Positions 49,700 through 58,609 of a stretch of 64,000 bases of DNA are shown here, one piece after another. How positions within the stretch are numbered: position 1 is the stretch's first letter; each line of letters starts with the position of its first letter. The notes beneath the pieces were generated by a model that did not search any database, was not told the DNA's origin, and saw nothing but the letters and a program-made list of their open reading frames with translations. The translations under genes were made by a program, and so were the position numbers. Origin of the DNA: a virus; IMG/VR virus record IMGVR_UViG_3300036791_000458, positions 12,525 to 76,524 of that record, one strand, 5' to 3'.

Positions 49700-50134
49700 C
49701 TACTCCGTTTCCTTAACAAAATATCCGTAGACACACCGGGTTCCTGCGCGACTGCAATCGTGGGTATCGTGAATGACTCCATCGATCACTGCGGTTAGAT
49801 GTCCTGATACTCTCACGACAAGTCGGCCCTTGGGTAATTCCTCTGCTCTCAGATGAACTTTGCAACCGGAACCAACCTGCATTGTCGGTATCCACTTCCA
49901 GCCCATCTTTGCCAGATACTTCTGATAAGTCTGTCTGTAAACACCGGAGCGAGAACTGGACACCCGGCGCTTTCGTATCCCTCGGCGTTCGGACACCGCG
50001 AGTACATTGAGCGCGTCATAAACTGTCTGGTAGGATTCACCAGTTGCGATAGCGATGGCACGGGTCACACAATCACCCGTGACACCCTTATAGCCATATG
50101 TTAACCTGCCACCATCATTCATCACAAACGTCAT
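49700..50134 (-). CDS. conserved phage protein with Cys-His dyad (papain-like?)
   Basis: NDGGR, GDCVTRAIAIA and HLTAVIDGVIHDT motifs. Confidence 0.6.
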   Translation of the reverse strand: MTFVMNDGGRLTYGYKGVTGDCVTRAIAIATGESYQTVYDALNVLAVSERRGIRKRRVSSSRSGVYRQTYQKYLAKMGWKWIPTMQVGSGCKVHLRAEELPKGRLVVRVSGHLTAVIDGVIHDTHDCSRAGTRCVYGYFVKETE

Positions 50135-50143
50135 TCACCGCTC

Positions 50144-50446
50144 CTACTTTGCAAGTTCAAATGCCCGGTCATACCACTTCGCCCAGAGCAAGTCCAACTG
50201 GGGGGTAACCGAAGTGATATCCACCATTCCCATGCCCAGTCCGAACTCACCGATTCTCGGAGCAGTACTCATGAGTTTGTTGACCTCACGGGACAGTTTT
50301 GTCAACTCTGGGTCAGTCTTATACAGTTTAACAATGGCCCTGCGTCTTTCCATCGGAAGTGTGCGGTACTTCGCTTTGGACTCATCTCTCTTCTGGGCAC
50401 ATTCTTTCGGAGTCAGTTTTACTTTCTTCAATGTGGTCAATGTCAT
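50144..50446 (-). CDS. hypothetical early protein
   Basis: AGGAG RBS; minus-strand promoter TTGACA-N17-TATGAT at 50464-50492. Confidence 0.55.
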   Translation of the reverse strand: MTLTTLKKVKLTPKECAQKRDESKAKYRTLPMERRRAIVKLYKTDPELTKLSREVNKLMSTAPRIGEFGLGMGMVDITSVTPQLDLLWAKWYDRAFELAK

Positions 50447-50463
50447 CTCCTAGTTACACCACC

Positions 50464-50602
50464 ATCATATATAAAATTTTGGGAAATGTCAATACCTATT
50501 TTTCTCTTTTATTATCAATGGTTTACCGGGACAGCATTGGACGCGAAAATCAGGATTATATATAAAAAGACTATTGACAATCTTTTCTGCTTCGCTTACT
50601 AT
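50464..50602. promoter_or_regulatory. divergent sigma70 promoter pair
   Basis: Minus: TTGACA (50487-92) N17 TATGAT. Plus: TTGACA (50574-79) N17 TACTAT (50597-602). Confidence 0.75.
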
Positions 50603-50623
50603 TGAAACATAAAGGAGATACAA

Positions 50624-50860
50624 ATGAGAACGTTGCCGGAAGTGGTCGCAGAAGTAAGGAAAGATTGGAAAAACATGAGTCCGTATGCTCGCCCGTATTT
50701 CGAAGCGATGTCGCAAATGAACTCGGTGAGCGAACCCTACTACGCCGACTCCGGTACATCTGTGGTTCTGTACTTCCTGTGCAACGCTTCACAGTGGAAG
50801 GGTGAAGTCGCGAGACGAGTGAAATTGGAACTGAAAGCGATGGTAAAGGCCTCAAACTAA
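50624..50860 (+). CDS. conserved small phage early protein
   Basis: AAGGAG RBS; YARPY..AM...YYAD....VLYFL.NA..W.GE.AR.VK.ELK. Confidence 0.7.
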   Translation: MRTLPEVVAEVRKDWKNMSPYARPYFEAMSQMNSVSEPYYADSGTSVVLYFLCNASQWKGEVARRVKLELKAMVKASN

Positions 50861-50881
50861 AGAGGTTATCGCTAAATTTTA

Positions 50882-50937
50882 AAGACTCGGGAAACCGAGC
50901 GGGGACGGAATCCGGGTTCCGTTCCTTTTCTTTTTTA
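50882..50937 (+). terminator. double hairpin + U-tract
   Basis: CTCGG-GAAA-CCGAG, then GGACGGAA..TTCCGTTCC, then a T run. Confidence 0.75.
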
Positions 50938-50948
50938 TTCTTTTTTAC

Positions 50949-50976
50949 TTGACATTAGCCACGGTTTATATATAAT
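50949..50976 (+). promoter_or_regulatory. consensus sigma70 promoter, leaderless
   Basis: TTGACA-N16-TATAAT-TGAGAC-ATG. Confidence 0.8.
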
Positions 50977-50982
50977 TGAGAC

Positions 50983-51189
50983 ATGACAAAGGGAATGAAC
51001 AAAAAAGGGAAAAACAAAACGGCGGTTAAAGCTGGGCAAAGATGGGTCACTCCCAGCGGAGCAGAATTAACAGTGACCGCGGCAGGCCCAGACTACTGTG
51101 CCGTGACGTTCGAAGACGGTTCAAAAACGCTTTTGAAGAAAGAAGAATTCTCAAATTTCAAAGTGTCGTGGGCGGAGAAAGTTGGTTGA
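50983..51189 (+). CDS. small hypothetical early protein (SH3-like)
   Basis: ATG lies 6 nt after the -10 element. Confidence 0.6.
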   Translation: MTKGMNKKGKNKTAVKAGQRWVTPSGAELTVTAAGPDYCAVTFEDGSKTLLKKEEFSNFKVSWAEKVG

Positions 51190-51524
51190 ATGTTTTGACG
51201 GGGGCGAATGGCCACTGACAGACTGGAAGTCATGACTCCAGTTTTCGATGGTTTGCTACATCGCCCGCATCAAAGGATTCAACTTAGTGACTCGGCACAA
51301 TCAATCCCTCAACCTGCAACCTTCGGGACGCGGGGAACTGAGGCGGACAGGGACTCACCGGGAAATGCCCCTGTCCTTAGACTTTTCGAGAGCTTTCAAG
51401 TCAGTGTTAGGCGTTTGCCACATGGACTGCATCCACGTAAGTCCGAGCGCGGTGGAACGTGTGGCCGGATGAAAATCTGAGGGTTAGACGTAACTCTTAG
51501 CACTTGGCACTGACTCGAAAACTC

Positions 51525-51552
51525 TTGACACCGGGATACGAATATATATAAT
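51525..51552 (+). promoter_or_regulatory. consensus sigma70 promoter, leaderless
   Basis: TTGACA-N16-TATAAT-TGAGAC-ATG. Confidence 0.8.
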
Positions 51553-51558
51553 TGAGAC

Positions 51559-51804
51559 ATGAGAAACCCAAATTTCAAACTTTCCAATTTCGTCAAACTC
51601 CACACGCTTGATATGCAACAGTGGAAGGAACAAGCGCTCCTGTCCGGGAAAGACTTCTCCGGGTTCGCGTGGGACGATGTGACTGACTGGTTTCCGCTCG
51701 AAGTGAACTTCCCGCTCGACGGGACGAAAGCGAGCGTACTGATCCCTGCTGTACTCGCAAAAATGCACGGCAAAAGATTCGAGAATCACAAAAAGCAAAA
51801 TTAG
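51559..51804 (+). CDS. small hypothetical early protein
   Basis: ATG lies 6 nt after the -10 element. Confidence 0.6.
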   Translation: MRNPNFKLSNFVKLHTLDMQQWKEQALLSGKDFSGFAWDDVTDWFPLEVNFPLDGTKASVLIPAVLAKMHGKRFENHKKQN

Positions 51805-51807
51805 CTC

Positions 51808-51835
51808 TTGACATCGGCCACGGATTTTATATAAT
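51808..51835 (+). promoter_or_regulatory. consensus sigma70 promoter
   Basis: TTGACA-N16-TATAAT. Confidence 0.8.
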
Positions 51836-51858
51836 TGGTGACATAGGGGGAACACGAA

Positions 51859-52305
51859 ATGGCCTACATGGATCAGAAGAAAAAGGCGGTAATCAAAGCT
51901 GAGTTGGACAAGGTTATGCCAAAGGGTTGGAATTACTCTCTGACCGTCCAGCATCACTCTTCGATAACACTCGCCATCATGTCCGCCCCGGTTTACCTCA
52001 TCGGACTTCACAAACAGGCGGAGCAGTGGAAGGGTGACCGCAATTATATCCAGCTCAACGAGTACTACCTCGAAAATCAGTATGAGGGCGAAGTGCTGAA
52101 AACTCTGTTGAAACTCAAAGACGCTCTGAATACCGGGAATTTTGACAAGAGTGATATCCAGACTGATTACTTCCATGTCGGTTTCTACGCCCACATGCAC
52201 ATCGGCAAATGGGACAAAGGGTTTGTCCATACCGTAGCCGAAAGAACGCCGACCTATGACGAATTGAAGGCCCGGATTGCCGAACTGGAAAAGGCGACCG
52301 CGTAA
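51859..52305 (+). CDS. LPD29-like phage early protein
   Basis: IKAEL..VMP...YSL....HSSI.L...N.D.SDIQTDYFHVGFY. Confidence 0.6.
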   Translation: MAYMDQKKKAVIKAELDKVMPKGWNYSLTVQHHSSITLAIMSAPVYLIGLHKQAEQWKGDRNYIQLNEYYLENQYEGEVLKTLLKLKDALNTGNFDKSDIQTDYFHVGFYAHMHIGKWDKGFVHTVAERTPTYDELKARIAELEKATA

Positions 52306-52311
52306 AGGTTT

Positions 52312-52367
52312 AAGACTCGGGGTAACCGAGCAAGGGACGGGACTCGGGGGGGTTCCGTCCTTTTTTT
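52312..52367 (+). terminator. double hairpin + U-tract (paralog of the 50882 element)
   Basis: AAGACTCGG..CCGAGC, then GGACGG...CCGTCC, then TTTTTTT. Confidence 0.75.
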
Positions 52368-52413
52368 ACATAATTTCCTTGACTTTAAATGAGCACTTTA
52401 GTATTATTTACTC

Positions 52414-53271
52414 ATGACGAACTTACTTAGAACCGATATCCACCGCCCATCAGCGATCACTCCTGAAGATTACGCGTTTGTGTCATTCGATTATCTGGGT
52501 TCAAGTGACCTCGGCGCCATTATGTCAGTATCCGCTGAACGTACCCGGTTTCAGGAACACATGAAAATGACGGGTGGAAAGTACAGTCAGCATGAACACG
52601 GTGGAGTCTGCCACGTTTGTGGTTGTGTCAACGTCACTTACACCTGCAAGTTCTATCACGCGAAAACAAACACCTATATCGTGACGGGTTCGGACTGCGC
52701 TGAGAAAATGGACTTGTCCATCGGGAACATGAATCTTTTCCGGACTGGGGTTCGCAACGGTATCGAATTCATGACGGGCAAGAAGAAAGCGCAGGCGACT
52801 CTTGAGGAATCCGGGTTGCTCCGTTGCTATGAAATTTATGACGCGAGTGACCGCTCTGACTTCCGGTATGAGGAATCGACAATCACCGATATCGTTTCGA
52901 AACTGGTGAAGTACGGTTCAATCTCGGAAAAAGCTACCAACTTTCTGAAAGTGCTTCTGGAAAAGTTGGACACTCGGGCAGAACGTGAAGCAGAGCAAAA
53001 GGCAAAGGCAGATGCCGCGGCTCCGGTTCCGACTGGTAAAGTTACCATCACCGGAACGGTGCTCACTGTGAAGGTTCAGGACGGGTTCTACGGGCCATGT
53101 ACTAAGATGCTCGTGGTAGATGACTCCGGTTTCAAAGTCTGGGGAACTCGCCCCTCGGGTTCAAACGTTGAAAGGGGTGCAAGACTTTCCTTCACGGCAA
53201 CCGTGGAACCTTCCCCGGATGATACAAAATTCGGATTCTTCAAACGGCCCTCAAAGGTGGTCATCCTGTAA
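52414..53271 (+). CDS. Zn-finger + C-terminal OB-fold protein
   Basis: CHVCG...GSDC; the C-terminus is OB-like (KVTITGTVL...FKVWGT...FTATV...FGFFKRP). Preceded by the leaderless promoter TTGACT-N17-TATTAT-6nt-ATG. Confidence 0.6.
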   Translation: MTNLLRTDIHRPSAITPEDYAFVSFDYLGSSDLGAIMSVSAERTRFQEHMKMTGGKYSQHEHGGVCHVCGCVNVTYTCKFYHAKTNTYIVTGSDCAEKMDLSIGNMNLFRTGVRNGIEFMTGKKKAQATLEESGLLRCYEIYDASDRSDFRYEESTITDIVSKLVKYGSISEKATNFLKVLLEKLDTRAEREAEQKAKADAAAPVPTGKVTITGTVLTVKVQDGFYGPCTKMLVVDDSGFKVWGTRPSGSNVERGARLSFTATVEPSPDDTKFGFFKRPSKVVIL

Positions 53272-53290
53272 GGGATGATCACCAGAAAGT

Positions 53291-54634
53291 CTACTCAACT
53301 TCTTTTGACGCGCCACCTTCCAACTGCTGACGGATTTCGGCAGACATCATGATCGAATCGATGCAAAACTGTCCGATAGCGTAAGACTGGGATATGAGCA
53401 CCATGAACCTGTCAATTTCGTCACGTCCTGCCGCGACGAAGAACCGGGCAAGTCCAAGTGCTCTTTCTGCTTCCGTTTGGCTGTACGTATAAACCGCGTC
53501 AGCCGTACCAATCTTGCTCCAGTCTTCCGCAACGTTTTTCTTATCGACTATCTTCGCCGTGTCCGCTTCCCGATTTCCCTGAGTGACCGCAACCAAAGCT
53601 GCATTCCTTCTCACCGCTATCCCGCGAAGATCACGAAACTGTCTACCAGTATCGATTCTCATCTGAGCACTGTCAATCTTCATTAAGTCCGGATAGTCAA
53701 GTAAAATCATGTCTGGGCGAAAGTTTTCTTGTTTGTCCAACTGATCTAGGAACATATCCAGTTGCTCAGTCGTTAACGCCCCTGTAGGGAATTCCTTGAT
53801 GAGTAGACGGGGATACCGACCTTTCATCGACGCGAGACGGTTGTAGACCATGCTACGCTGGCTGGGGATACCTTCCCGCTGGAGAGTCTGAAAGTCTATC
53901 GTGGTTCCGGTTTCCAACTTCTGGAAATAGGGAACCCGGATTTCCCGCGCCTGACTCTTGGTGAGCGCGAACATCGACTGAATATAACGTCTTGCGACCA
54001 CTTTCTCACTGACTTCGAGAGTGATGTGCAAAACAGAATGACGGTATAATAAATTGCTTTTTCCAACATGAACCAGCCACCATGTCTTGCCTTTCTTCGC
54101 CGCACCAATCAAAAAGATTAAAGTCTTTCGAGCGGGAATTACTTTCGCCCTGTCCAGAACTCCAATCCCGGATGAGAAAAATTCATCTTCTTCGTCATCC
54201 AACCACGAAAGCATTTTCTTCGCGTCATGTAGCCATGTACCGGATGACTCTACTTCCGTGACGGTAGAATTATAGATTGCCTTTCTTGCTTCTTCTAACT
54301 CACCCCTGCCTAGTGACTCTATTGCGTTTTGCAGAGAAGATGAAAGCGTTTGAATTTCAACGAACCTATTAAGCTGATTAAGTATGAAAGTAGGTTGAAC
54401 TTGATCCTTTTGCTTTTCCAGTATGTCCAACGTCTGACGGATGAGTCTACCATCGTCACCTCGAATCATCTCCATTTCAAGAAGATAATCCATCTGGCTA
54501 CCGGGTGGATCACGGTATTCTTTCAGGTAAGCTAACGCAGTTTTCGCGATTAGCTGATTTACACGGTTAGTAAATAATGAAGGTTCTACTCTCATTGCTA
54601 TCAGGGAAGCGTTCTCTTTGGAGTGAACCAACAA
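53291..54634 (-). CDS. dnaB: DnaB-like (SF4) replicative helicase
   Basis: Walker A GAAKKGKT, HITLE, ILLDYPD, VAVTQGNR and AEDWSK..TAD. Confidence 0.85.
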   Translation of the reverse strand: MLVHSKENASLIAMRVEPSLFTNRVNQLIAKTALAYLKEYRDPPGSQMDYLLEMEMIRGDDGRLIRQTLDILEKQKDQVQPTFILNQLNRFVEIQTLSSSLQNAIESLGRGELEEARKAIYNSTVTEVESSGTWLHDAKKMLSWLDDEEDEFFSSGIGVLDRAKVIPARKTLIFLIGAAKKGKTWWLVHVGKSNLLYRHSVLHITLEVSEKVVARRYIQSMFALTKSQAREIRVPYFQKLETGTTIDFQTLQREGIPSQRSMVYNRLASMKGRYPRLLIKEFPTGALTTEQLDMFLDQLDKQENFRPDMILLDYPDLMKIDSAQMRIDTGRQFRDLRGIAVRRNAALVAVTQGNREADTAKIVDKKNVAEDWSKIGTADAVYTYSQTEAERALGLARFFVAAGRDEIDRFMVLISQSYAIGQFCIDSIMMSAEIRQQLEGGASKEVE

Positions 54635-54816
54635 AGTTAGAACACCTTCTTCTAACGCCCCAACGCTTATGATAAAGCACCACTACCCTTTCTACTGCTA
54701 TAGACGTTTCCTTTTCTTTTTCCTGTTAGCGTGCTGGATCAGTTTCATCAACGCCTTCGCCTTCTGAGCAGAAGTCATAGTAGAACTCATGATAGCAAAA
54801 GTCGCGAGTCTATAAG

Positions 54817-55524
54817 TCATCTGATTCCCATCACCTTATGCAACTGGATTGACAGCTTCCAGTCGGGATATTGTTTCAAAAAATCTTGGCACACTTTTAT
54901 ATTGTGAGAATCTATACTGTGCTCGTGGTTGATCGGTTGCAGGTAGACATTCTTTTTGGACGCGAGCTTTTTCAGTAGATCGTTCTTCGCGGGAAAGTCT
55001 ATGTCCACCAAAAGTTTGATTTCATCTGCTCGCTTGATCATCGAATCTAAGCAACCGAACTTGGGACTGACGGTAACCCACACATCGTTTCTGACGTAGG
55101 AGTCTACACCCTCGAATGCGTCATCAATATCACGAGTACCGGATGTTTCGATGTGAACCTTTATGCCATTATTCACATAAAGTTCATAGACCAACGGTGT
55201 CAAGTTGTGAATGAACGGTTCTCCCCCGGTAAGGCATACATTGTAACAATCACCGGGAACAAGCTCGGTTAGTTCTTTCACAGAAGAATGTTGCTTCACG
55301 CGATAGTCAGTATCACACTCGAATGAGCGTCCGTCCCATGTCGTACACTTTTCCGTGTAGATTGGAAGTGCCTTAGAACCTTCCTGACTGACACTGTAGC
55401 GTTCCTTTGGGAATGGTTTCCCAACCGAGCAACCTGCTAACCGGATGAAGAACTGTCTTTGCCCTGCCCAGTAACCTTCACCTTGAATCGAATCAAAGCA
55501 CTCGGATATCGGATATGTCGTCAT
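54817..55524 (-). CDS. queE: 7-carboxy-7-deazaguanine synthase (radical SAM)
   Basis: ISECFDSIQGEG, FIRLAGC, CDTD, LTGGEP, IETSG, VSPK, YLQP and SIQLHK. Confidence 0.9.
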   Translation of the reverse strand: MTTYPISECFDSIQGEGYWAGQRQFFIRLAGCSVGKPFPKERYSVSQEGSKALPIYTEKCTTWDGRSFECDTDYRVKQHSSVKELTELVPGDCYNVCLTGGEPFIHNLTPLVYELYVNNGIKVHIETSGTRDIDDAFEGVDSYVRNDVWVTVSPKFGCLDSMIKRADEIKLLVDIDFPAKNDLLKKLASKKNVYLQPINHEHSIDSHNIKVCQDFLKQYPDWKLSIQLHKVMGIR

Positions 55525-55793
55525 GACTCAATTCCTATCTGGTGGTGCAAGTACGGCGCGATACTCTTTGCCTTCGCAATTTGAGATTCAGTGATTTTCC
55601 CTGTATCGATATCTGCACTAGAACTCAATAAAGAAATTGCGAAAAGAACATGCCCAAGCTCTTTCTCTAGCTGACCACGATTATCGTAACCAGCAGACTC
55701 GAACCCGTGGCGCAGGATTTTACTCGCGGCCTGTATCGACTCACCCATTTCTTCTATCAGAAGAACTAGTCGTTCCACTTGAGCTTTGGTCAT
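55521..55793 (-). CDS. MazG-like nucleotide pyrophosphohydrolase
   Basis: LIEEMGE.IQAASKILRHG...LEKELGHV. Start placed at MTKAQ. Confidence 0.7.
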   Translation of the reverse strand: MTKAQVERLVLLIEEMGESIQAASKILRHGFESAGYDNRGQLEKELGHVLFAISLLSSSADIDTGKITESQIAKAKSIAPYLHHQIGIES

Positions 55794-55921
55794 CGTCTCT
55801 TCTCTCATGAAATTTATCAGTACAAGTTGCACCATGAACTTCACCGAACCCCTGCCCCATTGACGCATAGTTTGGTATGAATCGGGGATTGTTATACTCC
55901 CCACCACACACCGGACAGTAC

Positions 55922-56113
55922 TCAGGCCACCTTGTCATAAATCTGTTGCAGCTTGAGCTGTTGCGGTACTGTCAATGTACCGTTGCGCGCAAACTGATCT
56001 GAGATGCTGGGGATGAATTCTTCCCGCTCCCACTCGGTGAGACGGTCAAGTTCTTCCTCAACCGTTTCCAGTTGAGTCTGAATTTTCCTGAAAGTCTTTT
56101 CGTCAATACTCAT
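55922..56113 (-). CDS. hypothetical protein
   Basis: LTEWEREEFI.SI..Q......LT..Q..KL..IY pattern; ATGA overlap with queD. Confidence 0.55.
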   Translation of the reverse strand: MSIDEKTFRKIQTQLETVEEELDRLTEWEREEFIPSISDQFARNGTLTVPQQLKLQQIYDKVA

Positions 56114-56541
56114 AACGTGTACCATGCTGAACATTTACGCGTCTCTTGAACTTCACACGCGACTAGTTCAACCCCAGTTCCATTTAGTTGCTCAGGTGCG
56201 ACGTTTCTTACTAAGTATGTTGCAAGATTTTCTGCGGTAGGATTAAATGAAGTCAGAACTACCGTATCGTCAAGTAACCTCAAGGCAGAGGCAATCGGGT
56301 CACCACTCCAAACCAAAAAGCGATGATCCCAGTTCTCATCCAACCACGTACAAAGCCGGTTTTTGATTTCAGAAAAATCGATTACCCGGCCAACGTCATC
56401 CAAACCAGAAAATGACGCGCATACCAGTTTCACGCGATAGTTATGTCCGTGTAGGTGAGAGCAAGCACCTTCATGACCAAACACCCGATGACCACACGAT
56501 ATATCATGCAATCTGGTAACGGTAATGTGTGGCATTCTCAT
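56110..56541 (-). CDS. queD: 6-carboxy-5,6,7,8-tetrahydropterin synthase
   Basis: GHR.....G.C..LHGHNY, VIDF..IK, WDH, PTAENLA and ET. Confidence 0.9.
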   Translation of the reverse strand: MRMPHITVTRLHDISCGHRVFGHEGACSHLHGHNYRVKLVCASFSGLDDVGRVIDFSEIKNRLCTWLDENWDHRFLVWSGDPIASALRLLDDTVVLTSFNPTAENLATYLVRNVAPEQLNGTGVELVACEVQETRKCSAWYTL

Positions 56542-56542
56542 T

Positions 56543-57244
56543 TCATGTTAGTCCTAGAAGTCGATAAGCGTCCTTTATTTTTCCTTTCAGCTCAACCATA
56601 GAGTTGCCACCATCTTCTATCGCATAGGATTCGATTATTGGAATCCCGGACTCAACGCTATCTCTGATTTCATTCTTAGTCGCAAGGCGACCTTCACGGT
56701 AGCAAACTACACGGTTAGGTTCCCCAAGTTGAAAGAGCACTCCATTTTCAACTCGGTTAATTGAAAAACTGTAAGTAGTCCATAGCAAGGTGACGCCGGG
56801 GTTCCGTTTAAGTCCAATCCCTGCGGGTTCCTTGTATCCATCGGGCAAGTCGTTTTCTCTGCGAATCATCTGGGGTTTGGTCAAAAAGGGACATGCCTTT
56901 GCGGAAAATTCCGCGCAGTCCAAGTGAGACGGTGGCTCAGAGGATACGCGATTAATCGCACACATTGGCCCTATAGCGAACGTTTTGAACTTTCCCAGTA
57001 AATCCCCACACACCCAGCATCGGGACTCATGAATCGCTCGTTTCAGCTTCCGGGAATCCATCGCTCGAAACTCTGGTTTCCCATCCAACCACGCGACAAA
57101 CCATGGCACCGGGTAACCACGCTCGTCAATCGGAAGCCGTTTAATACGGGGTGGTAGCGGTGGCAAACCATCGCGTAGTTTATACTCCGGATGGTAAACA
57201 ACTGCGTCATTCACCCGCTCTTCAATTCCTCTATCCAACTCCAT
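56543..57244 (-). CDS. conserved Cys-rich hypothetical protein
   Basis: RGYPVPWFV, CWVCG, GPMC, EPPSH.DCA and ACPFL. Confidence 0.6.
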   Translation of the reverse strand: MELDRGIEERVNDAVVYHPEYKLRDGLPPLPPRIKRLPIDERGYPVPWFVAWLDGKPEFRAMDSRKLKRAIHESRCWVCGDLLGKFKTFAIGPMCAINRVSSEPPSHLDCAEFSAKACPFLTKPQMIRRENDLPDGYKEPAGIGLKRNPGVTLLWTTYSFSINRVENGVLFQLGEPNRVVCYREGRLATKNEIRDSVESGIPIIESYAIEDGGNSMVELKGKIKDAYRLLGLT

Positions 57245-57252
57245 AGTGTCTC

Positions 57253-57825
57253 CTAAATATGACTTGTCATGTTTGCAGTTCTCATGAACAAGTCAAGTTG
57301 TGTTTCCAGTAAAAGTTTTTGCGTGAGCATGTTATCCGGTACTGGCACGTCTTCATTCGGATGAATACAATAGCTCTTGATCTTCTTGCCGTCTTTGTAC
57401 TCATGAACGTTTCCTGACCAACCTTTGGTTATGCGAAATGTACGGTCATCGACTACCGTTTCAAAGTAACCGTGCTCTTTGTATTGAGACTTCTGAGTCT
57501 CGGTGAGGCAAAGGAAAAGCAAAGCTTCCGCATTTTCCAAAGCTATTTTATTTTGCTTCTCTCGTTCTGCACCACGTTGACGAGCAAGTTCAATTTGTTC
57601 TTGAGTGTAAACCAAAGTTTGCACTGGATAATTAACGTTCCACGCCTGCCAACAAGATGACGTTACTACTTGACTACCAGTGCCTTGATCTGCGTACCAA
57701 CTCGCCCAAACAACATCGTTACAAGTAACACTGTTTGTTTGAACGTACTTGACATTCCACTGATACCACGAACCCACGTCAGTACCAGTTCTAGTACCAG
57801 TATCACCGTTATAGATTAGCTGCAT
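57253..57825 (-). CDS. hypothetical protein
   Basis: C-terminal A..LL...L...Q...GYF....CIHP...P..D.ML.QKL.LE domain. Confidence 0.6.
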   Translation of the reverse strand: MQLIYNGDTGTRTGTDVGSWYQWNVKYVQTNSVTCNDVVWASWYADQGTGSQVVTSSCWQAWNVNYPVQTLVYTQEQIELARQRGAEREKQNKIALENAEALLFLCLTETQKSQYKEHGYFETVVDDRTFRITKGWSGNVHEYKDGKKIKSYCIHPNEDVPVPDNMLTQKLLLETQLDLFMRTANMTSHI

Positions 57826-57827
57826 GA

Positions 57828-58088
57828 CTAACCCCCGACAACCGGGAGCGCCATGATGATACGTTCCGCGTTAGGGTCAAACTCATTCAAGACGGTTCCC
57901 TTCTCTCCGTCTCTCCCGGTCACCGAATAACCACGATAGCCTTTTTTCCTGAGACTGTTGTACATCTCACGAGCGGATGTTACCTCATCCAGTTTGTTGC
58001 GATCCCACATGACTTTGGTATCCCCGGTTTTATCCATTGCGTGAAGCCAGCCAGTACCACTACCAATTTCCAGTGAAGAAGTTGCCAT
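57828..58088 (-). CDS. small protein ending in Gly-Gly
   Basis: GDTKVMWD...EV..A...KKGY...FDP.AE.II..P..GG*; GGAG RBS before MATSS. Confidence 0.6.
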   Translation of the reverse strand: MATSSLEIGSGTGWLHAMDKTGDTKVMWDRNKLDEVTSAREMYNSLRKKGYRGYSVTGRDGEKGTVLNEFDPNAERIIMALPVVGG

Positions 58089-58102
58089 GACATTCTCCTT
58101 TA

Positions 58103-58609
58103 TTATTTGAGCAACCAAACTCTATCGGGTATCTGGGCAAGTACTGAACGTCTAGCCATCAATAACTTTCCCAAATAGTTATCACCAAATGGTTCATGCT
58201 TACCACGACATTTTTTGCTTCGTCCACTCCCGGTACAGATTCCCCAAAAAACATCATGCCACCAGTTACCCTCAATCAGTACCCGGTCTAAAGTCGTCAG
58301 TAACAGCTTTTGCATGACTAATGACGAGAACTTCCTATCTATGACCTTCTCCATCTCCCCGATCTTTATCGACTCCCAGTCGGGCCTGCAACGTATCTTG
58401 TTGCCGATCTTCTTTGCCTCTCGTGGATCAAATTGAGTGAGAATTCTATCCCGGTCATCGTCATTCATCGCTTTGCGAGACTGGTAGTCCATCTCAGCAC
58501 AGTAGCCATCGAACGGGTCAATGTAGAAGTTTGAAAGGAAGTCCCACTTCCCCTCGAACCGAAAGACCGCTTGCGACTTGTCATCTACCAGCTCTTGAAT
58601 GTACTTCAT
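58103..58609 (-). CDS. NADAR (YbiA-like) family protein
   Basis: FLSNFY, YQ..K, AKK.G....RPDW, KF, LIEGN.WHD.FWG and G.N.LGKLLM..R. Confidence 0.85.
   Translation of the reverse strand: MKYIQELVDDKSQAVFRFEGKWDFLSNFYIDPFDGYCAEMDYQSRKAMNDDDRDRILTQFDPREAKKIGNKIRCRPDWESIKIGEMEKVIDRKFSSLVMQKLLLTTLDRVLIEGNWWHDVFWGICTGSGRSKKCRGKHEPFGDNYLGKLLMARRSVLAQIPDRVWLLK

Noticed and set aside
54770-54781. AGAAGTCATAGT match to the array linker on the opposite strand
   Set aside because: A single short match inside a probable 30-aa ORF, consistent with chance.
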